This document shows, piece after piece, positions 1 through 8,404 of a stretch of DNA of 64,000 nt. Below the pieces are notes generated by a model that did not search any database, was not told the DNA's origin, and saw only the letters and a list, made by a program, of their open reading frames with translations. The stretch's first letter is position 1, and each line of letters begins with the position of its first letter. This DNA is from a virus, in IMG/VR virus record IMGVR_UViG_3300042468_000945, positions 32,001 to 96,000 of that record; one strand, given 5' to 3'. The position numbers were made by a program, and so were the translations under genes.

Positions 1-6
1 CGGCTA

Positions 7-600
7 TTAATCATTACTAACAAGTTCTCCGTAAATATCTGTGTGCATTATGAGGTATCTTTTTTCATTGAAACCTAATGGCTCCAAATCAACAATTAAA
101 GTATTATATGGGTTAAACACAACAGTAGAGCCTACTGATACTTGGTGCTCAATTGGATTACCTGTTGCATCAGTCCAACCATAACCTAAACTCTTTACAA
201 CACCCAAAGCAGGTGGGACAGTTTTTGAGTCTGGCATTAAAATTAAAGAGTCTTCTTCTTTTGTTTCAATCTTTTCAATTTCAATGTAGTTACCCAAAGG
301 TTTGAGGGTTAAGTTTTCTAAGTCTATTTTACACATTATATCTAATTCAGAGGCAACATAAAAAGGATCAGAATTTGGTAATTCAACAACTTCTTTTCCG
401 TGTGCCATTACATAAACTGTATCTTCTTGTTTCAGTTGAGAGGGTTGAATCTTACCATTAAAGTCAGGGAAGCCAGGACCAACATCTAAAACTTTACCCC
501 ATCTATATTCTTTCTTTGCACTGTCAATACTAACAATGTCAGGGTTTGCGTCGTCTATAAGATTAAATGTCAAATAATTATTAACAGGTTTGATTTTCAT
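7..600 (-). CDS. groES: Co-chaperonin GroES-like protein with two tandem Cpn10 domains (Cpn20-like)
   Basis: Two GroES-pattern repeats: IKPVNNYL...GKVLDVGPGFPDFNGKIQPSQLKQEDTVYV...ELDIMCKI and LKPLGNYIEIE...GVVKSLGYGWTDATGNPIEHQVSVGSTVVF...HTDIYGEL. Both match the GroES consensus (KPL.DRV, G.V.AVG.G, V..GD.V). Complete, with TAA at 7-9. Confidence 0.85.
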   Translation of the reverse strand: MKIKPVNNYLTFNLIDDANPDIVSIDSAKKEYRWGKVLDVGPGFPDFNGKIQPSQLKQEDTVYVMAHGKEVVELPNSDPFYVASELDIMCKIDLENLTLKPLGNYIEIEKIETKEEDSLILMPDSKTVPPALGVVKSLGYGWTDATGNPIEHQVSVGSTVVFNPYNTLIVDLEPLGFNEKRYLIMHTDIYGELVSND

Positions 601-606
601 ATTATT

Positions 607-1035
607 TTATTCAGAATCCATATCCTCAGATTCTTCTGGAGGAAGAGGTTTTGGTTTCTTCTTATTTGTTGGTTTCTTTTTTTCAGTTGCTTCTGCTTCT
701 TCTTTTGCAAAATCAGCTGAAATCATTTCTTGAATTTTGCTAAATTCAGCATCAACCCTTCTCTTTTCTACTGTAGTCATAATTTGAACTGTGCTATTTA
801 GAAGAGTTGCTAACATAAACAATGTATCTTTTGGTAGAGAAGTTGACAAAATAGTTTCCAACATCTTAGCATCTCTGTAAGAGTCTGCTGTTGAGATATT
901 TCCTGTAGGAGAAAACAGGACTACTTGTGGGTTGTTTCTTGTTGCGGAAACAAATACAGATTCTACGCTTACTGTAACGGGTGTGTTGTTAGGAATGGCG
1001 TCGCCATCTTCGTCGTAAAGTGCATCAAAATTCAT
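607..1035 (-). CDS. Hypothetical protein with charged Lys/Pro-rich C-terminus
   Basis: 142 aa ORF coupled to the upstream gene by a TAATG overlap at 1035. Faint DUF3467-like pattern only. Confidence 0.6.
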   Translation of the reverse strand: MNFDALYDEDGDAIPNNTPVTVSVESVFVSATRNNPQVVLFSPTGNISTADSYRDAKMLETILSTSLPKDTLFMLATLLNSTVQIMTTVEKRRVDAEFSKIQEMISADFAKEEAEATEKKKPTNKKKPKPLPPEESEDMDSE

Positions 1036-1403
1036 TAACTTAAAACCTCATAACTAAAAGCTCTATTACCTTTTACAGAAATATCTTTTACAGCTGGTCC
1101 AATACCTTTTTCAATGTATTCTCTCCAATCTTTATAACCACTAGCAACCCCGTTAGAGGTTGTCCAAACAAATGCAGTATCAAGATACTCCGTTAAGTTT
1201 AGTGTTGGGATTCTACTTGGATTTTTAATTGACCTAATTGTTTCTGAAATACCAAAAGCGGTTATACTTACTTCTGGTTTATCAGCACCATTAAATTTAA
1301 CAGCCAATTTAACTGTGTCACCCTCTTCAGTACTAATAGTTAGAAACCTAGTAAATGCTTCTTCTATTGTTGGTCTAACTAACTTTCTATGAAAATTACT
1401 CAT
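1035..1403 (-). CDS. Hypothetical protein
   Basis: 122 aa ORF whose start overlaps the upstream stop by 8 nt. No recognisable motif. Confidence 0.6.
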   Translation of the reverse strand: MSNFHRKLVRPTIEEAFTRFLTISTEEGDTVKLAVKFNGADKPEVSITAFGISETIRSIKNPSRIPTLNLTEYLDTAFVWTTSNGVASGYKDWREYIEKGIGPAVKDISVKGNRAFSYEVLS

Positions 1404-2082
1404 TTATATTATTTAAAACTTCCTTTATTTTCTCAATTGACTGTTGTAATTTTTTTGTTGACAATTTTAATTCTCTTTTAATGTCAATCCTAGTGTAACC
1501 TTCAGACAACATAATTGATACTATTCTTTCTAAACTTTCATTTTCAAATAAACCAGGATATGGTTCACTCCCATAATTCTTTAAATCTTGAACTAATGAG
1601 GAGCTTTGAGCATAATCAAATTCTTTAATTTTTAAAATTTTCTTCTTAGCATTAATTTTATTTCTAACAAGAAAACGTAAACTAATAGTAATATAGTTAT
1701 ATACTCTTTTATTTAAATCTCTTAAATTTAGTTCTTGATCTGAAAGAGAAGTTGTTGATTTTGGAATTAGTGTTGGATAAACAGAACAAAGCTCCGAACA
1801 TGGATTAGTCCTTACAGATTGAATATAATCAATTAACTCATTATAAGATAACTTCTTACAGATTATATTATAAACCATACTCTTTGCTTCTTGTACGAAA
1901 TCATCATTATCCTCTTCAGTCTGAAAATATAATTTACCTGCTTTTCTGAAGGAAAGGTTAATTAGTTTATTGACTGTTTCAATTGTCTGAAAATCGTTAT
2001 TTAAAGGGTCCAGTTTAAATTTAAGTATTTGTAGAATTAACTGTGTTTCTCTACTAATTGGCTTACTCTTTAATTTTGTCAT
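1396..2082 (-). CDS. Putative RNA polymerase sigma-factor-like / HTH transcription regulator
   Basis: DNDDFVQEA resembles the sigma region-2 D.EDLVQE motif. C-terminal LSEGYTRIDIKRELKLSTKKLQQSIEKIKEVL resembles a region-4 HTH. Confidence 0.5.
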   Translation of the reverse strand: MTKLKSKPISRETQLILQILKFKLDPLNNDFQTIETVNKLINLSFRKAGKLYFQTEEDNDDFVQEAKSMVYNIICKKLSYNELIDYIQSVRTNPCSELCSVYPTLIPKSTTSLSDQELNLRDLNKRVYNYITISLRFLVRNKINAKKKILKIKEFDYAQSSSLVQDLKNYGSEPYPGLFENESLERIVSIMLSEGYTRIDIKRELKLSTKKLQQSIEKIKEVLNNINE

Positions 2083-2186
2083 AATACTGTTGTGTTGTTA
2101 TTCTTTAGTATATATATACTATATACGTTTAAAATTACAAAAATTGCTGAAAAACAACAAAAATTGTGAAAAAACTGGTAATTATA
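2083..2186 (-). promoter_or_regulatory. AT-rich intergenic region with a 16 bp palindrome and a direct repeat (candidate promoter/operator)
   Basis: Perfect palindrome TAGTATATATATACTA at 2106-2121. ACAAAAATTG occurs at 2137-2146 and 2157-2166 (20 bp period). One of the largest gaps in the window, directly upstream of the sigma-like gene. Confidence 0.45.
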
Positions 2187-3257
2187 CTAGGCTAATTCCA
2201 TCACAATTCTAGAAATGACAGGGGTAGAGTATGTTGAAGGTGATGATAAATCAAGCCTTGCTTTTGTTGTAGTAATGACAGTTGGAATCAATGCAAGATC
2301 AAGTGGGTCCTTACCATAAATAGTTATGGTATCTAAATCCCTTGTAGCATCTTGTACAGTTAATGTTGCATTTTGATTATACGTATTACTTAAAACCCTT
2401 AAATTATAAAGTCCAGGTTTGTAACTTCCAACAGGTTCCATCTTAAACATTATTTCATTTATTGGTTCCCCGTCTAAATGAATTTTTAATGGTCCAGCAT
2501 TTTTAACTTTACTTGTACCAGAATCATAACCTGGCAGATAAGTAATATCTATATCTTCCCAGACAGCACTACCAGAAGACTTTCTAACTTTAACATCAGA
2601 AATGTGACAACCAAAAGCAGGGAAAGGATAAATTTCAAGAATATTAGGATTTAATCCTAAATACTGTAATGGGGCTTTAACCTTAATCCACACAGACTCT
2701 CCAGGCTTGTTAATGACCCACACACCTCTTCTGAGCAGCATATCTAGTCCATCAGAAGCACTTACAAACAAACCGTCAGCTGGTGTCGTTACAGAGGTTG
2801 AATAACCCAAACTAACTTCTGATGATACTTGATTAAAACCAAAGGAATCAGTTTGAACCAGTAGATCAGAAGAACTTGTAACAGGTAGAGTTACTTGTCC
2901 AAATAAATTATCTACGTTAGCAGTTGTGTTACCAGAATCAACGTAATCAGATTTAAAGAAGTCTGCCATTACATAGTTAGTATCTGTTAGTAGTGTGTCA
3001 ACTCTTGTTGTTAGGGTTGTTAATGGAGCACTTAAAGCAGCACCTTGCGATGCAGAAGCATCTGCAATCTTTGAAGACCTGTCAAGTAACTTATTTAAAT
3101 AAATAATAATTGAACCAATATCTTTAACAATACTTTGATTAAACCTATTTAAAACGGAGCTACTAGAAGATCCGCCCCCTTTAATACTAGGAGTTTCTAA
3201 GCTGTCCACAGTTAAAGAAACTGTATTAATGGTATCTGTAAATTTATTTTTATTCAT
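2187..3257 (-). CDS. Virion structural protein (baseplate/fibre-associated paralog family member 1)
   Basis: Helical N-terminus, then DFFKSDYVDSGNTTANVDNLFGQVTLP and C-terminal STPVISRIVMELA, motifs shared with the ORFs at 4104, 6350 and 8404. Confidence 0.6.
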   Translation of the reverse strand: MNKNKFTDTINTVSLTVDSLETPSIKGGGSSSSSVLNRFNQSIVKDIGSIIIYLNKLLDRSSKIADASASQGAALSAPLTTLTTRVDTLLTDTNYVMADFFKSDYVDSGNTTANVDNLFGQVTLPVTSSSDLLVQTDSFGFNQVSSEVSLGYSTSVTTPADGLFVSASDGLDMLLRRGVWVINKPGESVWIKVKAPLQYLGLNPNILEIYPFPAFGCHISDVKVRKSSGSAVWEDIDITYLPGYDSGTSKVKNAGPLKIHLDGEPINEIMFKMEPVGSYKPGLYNLRVLSNTYNQNATLTVQDATRDLDTITIYGKDPLDLALIPTVITTTKARLDLSSPSTYSTPVISRIVMELA

Positions 3258-4102
3258 TAATTAAACCACCTGGTTTTAATTTTTCTTCCTCTGACATCTT
3301 CATAGAATTTAACTTGTATTAAATTGTGTTGCATGTCTTGAATGATTGCGTCGCTAGGGTACGTTGATAAAAGATTTGTAGAAGAGTCTTCAATTCTAAA
3401 TCTAAGCAAATCTAACATTGTAAAAAATATGTATTGAAGTTTTTGCTTGAACAAAAGATATTTTGTGGATTCTCTTGCACCTCTGTATCTATGGTTTAAT
3501 TTAAAAGGAACTATAGAAACTCCAAGGCTTTTTGGTGCGCTTAAATAGTTTACTGCACCCCTGTTTCCACTACTTAAATCAGACCCAGGTATTTCAGTTG
3601 ATGTATTTGTGTTTCCTGGAGTAGTATTAGAAACTGTAGTTAATCCTCCTTGTGAGGTGTTACTAGTATTACTACTTCCTGGATTTGTAACAACTCCAGC
3701 ATTTGAAATTGGTGTTTGAGTATTATTAATTGGTGTTTGAGTATTGGATATGTTTCCAATACTAGGTGTATCAGAACCTGTTGTTGGATTTGCTACTGGT
3801 ATATTAGAACCAGTAAAATCAATCCCTGTGTGAGCACCAATAGTTTCTATTTCAATTATGGCTGGTATTTTACCATTACTATTTCCATAATTGTATTCTG
3901 GAGGTGTTGAAGGTGTAAGACCAGGAATAGTAAAAGTTACATCAACAGTACTGCCTGTATCAACACCTGATCCTGTTTCATTAGTTGGAGGTTCTGGGGG
4001 TCCTGGAGGTTGACTACCTTCAGGTAGTCCAATAATAGGAGGACCATCACCTAAATCATCACCACTGTAATATAGTTTATCGTCAAACCCGTCTCTTGGC
4101 AT
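3257..4102 (-). CDS. Pro/Thr/Ser/Asn-rich putative structural protein
   Basis: 281 aa. About 190 aa of low-complexity N-terminal sequence precede a helical C-terminal domain (NHRYRGARESTKY). Stop overlaps the next start (TAATG at 3257). Confidence 0.55.
   Translation of the reverse strand: MPRDGFDDKLYYSGDDLGDGPPIIGLPEGSQPPGPPEPPTNETGSGVDTGSTVDVTFTIPGLTPSTPPEYNYGNSNGKIPAIIEIETIGAHTGIDFTGSNIPVANPTTGSDTPSIGNISNTQTPINNTQTPISNAGVVTNPGSSNTSNTSQGGLTTVSNTTPGNTNTSTEIPGSDLSSGNRGAVNYLSAPKSLGVSIVPFKLNHRYRGARESTKYLLFKQKLQYIFFTMLDLLRFRIEDSSTNLLSTYPSDAIIQDMQHNLIQVKFYEDVRGRKIKTRWFN
3707..3745. repeat. 18 bp direct repeat with 21 bp period (encodes NTQTPI x2)
   Basis: AATTGGTGTTTGAGTATT at 3707-3724 and 3728-3745. 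Confidence 0.85.
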
Positions 4103-4103
4103 A

Positions 4104-6347
4104 TTATCTCACTGTTATTTTGTAATCTTCAAGAATAGGACCAGAAAAAGTTAATGGTTCCTTAATTAAATCAAAACGAAGTTTTACAGAACTAATAGAG
4201 TTCAAAGTTTCAGGACTACTTGTGTACTCAAGTTCATAGTTGGGGTTGCTTCCTTTAATATAACCATCAACACTAACAGTATCCCACGCATTGAACAAGA
4301 TAGCTTTTCCTTGTGTATCCCACGCCCAAAAGTTAAAATCTTGTGGTGTGTTCCACATAAGCTCAAATTCTGAGTTTGCTTTAGACTCTCCACTTGCTAC
4401 TACCTTGGTTATTCCAGCATCAAGTTGAAACTTCTTGTCAAAGAAAGATGGGAACATAGAAAACTGTAACATTGGTTTAAAACCACCTGCTCCATTATCG
4501 TTTCCGTATAAATCAGGGTCTAGTGTGTGTAGGTATGTTTCAATAAGATTCCAACCTTTTCTAAGAGTAAAGTTAAAAGATGATCCAAGATTACCAATTC
4601 CATTTACCCCACCCTCAACAAAACAACCATTTGTATCAGCTGTTGTGTAAACTGTAAAAGGTTTGTTAGATGTAATAACAGTAGACTTGTTAATGTCCAA
4701 AGTAAAACCACCATAAACCTTACTAACTTCAGTAAAGGATTTAAATGATCTATCTCTATATCCTTGTAGGAAAGAATACTTAGCTTGGTCAACAAAAAAG
4801 TCATTCTCACAGTAAACAAAGTAACTTACTTTGTATGTAAAGTTTGGTTGACATACATTCTTTGTTTTACCGCCACCTAACATTAAATAACAAAGATTTT
4901 GGTATTTATCTCCTGTTACTTGAAACTCAAACGGAAGAATTTCTGCTCCCTTAATTGCAGATGTATTTTGTGAGCTTGTAGGTGGTAAGAATAATTGAGT
5001 TGTATTTGTTCTTTCATTAAGAGTAGGTACATTAAGCCATGTTCTAAACTTCTTAATGTCCTGACTTAGAAAATCATTTTCTGCTGGTGTGTGTGGGAGT
5101 TCACCTAAAGCTGTATAATCTTTTTTGAAAGCAGTTACTTCAACTTGATTTTTACCAACTAAAAGAGATCCTTCTGTATAAGTGGTAGGTGCATTAGTTA
5201 CATCTACAACCCAGAAACTTCCTTCCTTTCTTACCTTTGATTTATCAATTTTAACAATATTGTTTTGATTTAGTTGCAGATATTTCCATGCTTGTTTTTT
5301 AATTTCAGTCCAAGTAACCCCAGAGTCGTTTGATATGTATGACTTAATGTATGTACCAGCTGGAATTTTAGATGTAAAATCTAAAAGTATTTGAGAATAG
5401 TTTATTGGTATGTTAATATCTCTACTACGAAGAGTAGCTATATCTACGGTATTCTCTGTAAACAATCTGATATTTCTGATACCAACTGTTTTAGGTAACA
5501 CAGCTGATGCTGGCTTGTATGTTATTTTTAATTTGCGTACATTACTATGTCCAACAATAAAAGTAGTTGTCTTGTAGATAATCTCAGTATTAACAAGTTC
5601 AAAACCGTTTCCTTTATTTACTTCAATTTTTACTTCACAACCAAAACCTGTTGGGTCAATTTGAATGTTAGATATATTATACTCCTTATCAAAAGAGTAC
5701 ACAGCATAGCTTTCTGCATTAGCTGTTACAAACATGGTCTTCCAACTGGTATTCTCTAAACCATCAACAGCATCAAGAGGAGATGAACCTAGAGAATCTG
5801 ATCCTTCATCATTATCAACAGAATCCACTCTAATATTTTTAGGGTCTATTGAACTTGAAACTACTGAGTTAGGTAAAAATACAATTCCTTCACTAACATC
5901 AAACCATGCTGAGGTGTTTGTTAAATCAATATTCTCGGCACTTGTAAAACTATCACCAAAAACAAACGTCCCATTATAACCAGACTTGAATCCTTCTAGG
6001 TCTGCTGTTGCTTTTAAATATTTGGCTTTGTTTTTTAAATTCTGAGATCGCACCCAAAATTCATTCTTTATATAAAGAATTTTTTGCTCAACTTCACTTG
6101 CAGCTTGGTTACCAACTTTCAAGTCTCTTCCATAACCTACAAAGTATTCTGAAATCTTCTTTATATTAATGCTTTCGTTTGATACTGCAATATACTGATT
6201 TACTAAAGGCAAACCAAAAGATTTCTTTTCAATTGATCCCAACATTCTTTTAAATGTCTCAGGAGTTGACAAAATTTCAAATCGAGTAAGACCCAATTTT
6301 GCCGCATCATCAAAAAGAACTTTCTTTTGTGTGTTATCAATTATCAT
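4104..6347 (-). CDS. Virion structural protein (paralog family member 2) with discoidin/F5-8C-like beta-sandwich
   Basis: Coiled N-terminus, GDSFTSAENIDLTNTSAWFDVSEGIVFLP, DAVDGLENTSWKT (discoidin-like A.DG...T.W), C-terminal SGPILEDYKITVR. Confidence 0.6.
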   Translation of the reverse strand: MIIDNTQKKVLFDDAAKLGLTRFEILSTPETFKRMLGSIEKKSFGLPLVNQYIAVSNESINIKKISEYFVGYGRDLKVGNQAASEVEQKILYIKNEFWVRSQNLKNKAKYLKATADLEGFKSGYNGTFVFGDSFTSAENIDLTNTSAWFDVSEGIVFLPNSVVSSSIDPKNIRVDSVDNDEGSDSLGSSPLDAVDGLENTSWKTMFVTANAESYAVYSFDKEYNISNIQIDPTGFGCEVKIEVNKGNGFELVNTEIIYKTTTFIVGHSNVRKLKITYKPASAVLPKTVGIRNIRLFTENTVDIATLRSRDINIPINYSQILLDFTSKIPAGTYIKSYISNDSGVTWTEIKKQAWKYLQLNQNNIVKIDKSKVRKEGSFWVVDVTNAPTTYTEGSLLVGKNQVEVTAFKKDYTALGELPHTPAENDFLSQDIKKFRTWLNVPTLNERTNTTQLFLPPTSSQNTSAIKGAEILPFEFQVTGDKYQNLCYLMLGGGKTKNVCQPNFTYKVSYFVYCENDFFVDQAKYSFLQGYRDRSFKSFTEVSKVYGGFTLDINKSTVITSNKPFTVYTTADTNGCFVEGGVNGIGNLGSSFNFTLRKGWNLIETYLHTLDPDLYGNDNGAGGFKPMLQFSMFPSFFDKKFQLDAGITKVVASGESKANSEFELMWNTPQDFNFWAWDTQGKAILFNAWDTVSVDGYIKGSNPNYELEYTSSPETLNSISSVKLRFDLIKEPLTFSGPILEDYKITVR

Positions 6348-6349
6348 TA

Positions 6350-8404
6350 TTACTCTGGAACCCCTTGTAGTGTGTAGTGGTTTAAGTATGGTGACCTGAA
6401 AGGATCATCAGGGTTCCCCTTTAAAACTGCTTTAAAATAAATGTCTTGAGAGGGTTTTTCTAGTTGGAAAGAGCTTTCCAATGTAGTATCTGAAAGAGGA
6501 ATAACTGGACTCCAATTTGTACCATCTGTAGATAAGTAGAAACTAATCCAATCTCCTTGACCCCACTCAGAAGGTACTGTATAATCAACAATAAGACCTA
6601 CAAGCCTTACAGGACGACTAAAAGATCTCTTCTTAGATAAGACTTCACTAACTGTACTATATACACTTCGTGTTAATGTAATATCTCGTATAGCAACATA
6701 AGATCTGAAACCACTAAAAATATCGTAACCTGTAACCTTTTCTAGTGTTTTGATCGTTTTACTTGTACCAAACGCATTTTTAATTAAATCAACAACCGCT
6801 AACCCAGCACCTATGTACGGAGTTACTTTTGATAAGAATGCACCAGCTTTTCCAAGTGCGGCACCGACTTTTGATTGTTGTAATTCTGGTAGTCCGTACC
6901 TACCCCTTCCAGCAACAATTCTTGGTGCAAGTCCAGGTAAGTTACTTAAGCTTGTTAGAATATTCCCACTGTCTCCATTTAGTATAGAGTTAGTTCCGCC
7001 ACCTAATTCATAAATACTATTAAAGAATGGTTGAGTTGAACCTAGTAAGTTTAATTGTTTACTTTCAACTGAAATTGTTGGAGTCTCTTCTGTTGTTGGT
7101 TTTCGTTCCCATGCCTTGCGTCTGTCTACTGAGGAGAATAGTCCATACTTTCTAACTGTTCTTTTCTCAACGAACTCTTCTGAAAATTGGTGAGCAAGTC
7201 CAGTTGTTACTTGATAAGGTTTACCACTGAACACCATTTTAATTTCACTAATGTCTCTGTTTGTAGGAACTGTAAAGACTGCGCCAATACTACTTGATCC
7301 AGTTCTTCTTAAAATTTCCTTTTGTAATGTTTTTGTTGATTTAGCTTGTACTGTTAAATCAACATTTCTTGCTATTGGAATAGTCTGACCATCTGTTACA
7401 ATGTATAAAGTTTCTAAAGCCATTTGACCTTGATTACTTCTTATAAAAGGAACAATCTTAACTTCTGAAACTGGTTGTGGAGTTAGCAAAGTCATTTTAA
7501 CTTCTAGCTTTGCATTATATGTTGCACTGTTTAGAGGATTTACATTATCCTCTAACCATTCCACAACATATGTCCCCGCCTTGTCTGGTCCAGCATCAAC
7601 AAAACCATCAGGGTAAACAATGGTTGCTTTCCAATCGTAATCTGAGGTTATTGCTTTTACGTTCTCTTTGTTTGCACCTAAGTTATATACCCAAGCCCTA
7701 CCTGCTCTTCTAACTGGTTGGTTTAAAGGTACTAGATTTCGTTCAATCTCAAACCAGGTTTGATTATTATTATCAGCAAGACCAGCTAAATCTTTAACCT
7801 CAGTTTTTTCTAAAGTAGGAGAAGGTTCTACATCAATATTAGATAAAGACTTAGAATCTAAAGCTAATAAATTACAACCTGGAATACCCACAAGACCATC
7901 TCTTTCTAGGTCAACTGTTACGTTAGGAATACTATAAAATTCTTGAACCCCTAAAGATGTGTTACCCATATCTGTGTCAACTAATGTAGTTGATTTGTCA
8001 AGGTCTACATAAGAGTTTGTATTAAAACTATCGCTTACCCACAAGTAATTTGAATCTTGGTCTTGTGTTAATGCAGTAATGTTTTGAACTGCATCTGTAG
8101 TTTCTAAAATAGTTTTCTCAGCACTTTCAATATCAGCCATGTAGCTGTTATTAGTATTTGACAAGTCTGAGTAAAGAGAGTCTACTTTTTGTGCTAGGCT
8201 TTCAATTTCCTGTATTGAGTATTGAATTGAATCATCAACTAACTCTCCAATATTTACTGGGTCAGCTAGTGGTGCAATCGGTGGTGGAGTAAGTTTATTT
8301 GTTTCCCTGTTAACATGTTTAGAAAGTGCTTGTATAATAGCAAGCTCACTTTCAGAAACAAAAGGAGAATTAAAATCAATATTTTTTAGTGGGTCGTTAT
8401 TCAT
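6350..8404 (-). CDS. Virion structural protein (paralog family member 3)
   Basis: Coiled N-terminus, SDSFNTNSYVDLDKSTTLVDTDMGNTSLG, GLADNNNQTWFEI, glycine-rich hydrophobic segment GAALGKAGAFLSKVTPYIGAGLAVVDLI, C-terminal RSPYLNHYTLQG. Confidence 0.6.
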   Translation of the reverse strand: MNNDPLKNIDFNSPFVSESELAIIQALSKHVNRETNKLTPPPIAPLADPVNIGELVDDSIQYSIQEIESLAQKVDSLYSDLSNTNNSYMADIESAEKTILETTDAVQNITALTQDQDSNYLWVSDSFNTNSYVDLDKSTTLVDTDMGNTSLGVQEFYSIPNVTVDLERDGLVGIPGCNLLALDSKSLSNIDVEPSPTLEKTEVKDLAGLADNNNQTWFEIERNLVPLNQPVRRAGRAWVYNLGANKENVKAITSDYDWKATIVYPDGFVDAGPDKAGTYVVEWLEDNVNPLNSATYNAKLEVKMTLLTPQPVSEVKIVPFIRSNQGQMALETLYIVTDGQTIPIARNVDLTVQAKSTKTLQKEILRRTGSSSIGAVFTVPTNRDISEIKMVFSGKPYQVTTGLAHQFSEEFVEKRTVRKYGLFSSVDRRKAWERKPTTEETPTISVESKQLNLLGSTQPFFNSIYELGGGTNSILNGDSGNILTSLSNLPGLAPRIVAGRGRYGLPELQQSKVGAALGKAGAFLSKVTPYIGAGLAVVDLIKNAFGTSKTIKTLEKVTGYDIFSGFRSYVAIRDITLTRSVYSTVSEVLSKKRSFSRPVRLVGLIVDYTVPSEWGQGDWISFYLSTDGTNWSPVIPLSDTTLESSFQLEKPSQDIYFKAVLKGNPDDPFRSPYLNHYTLQGVPE

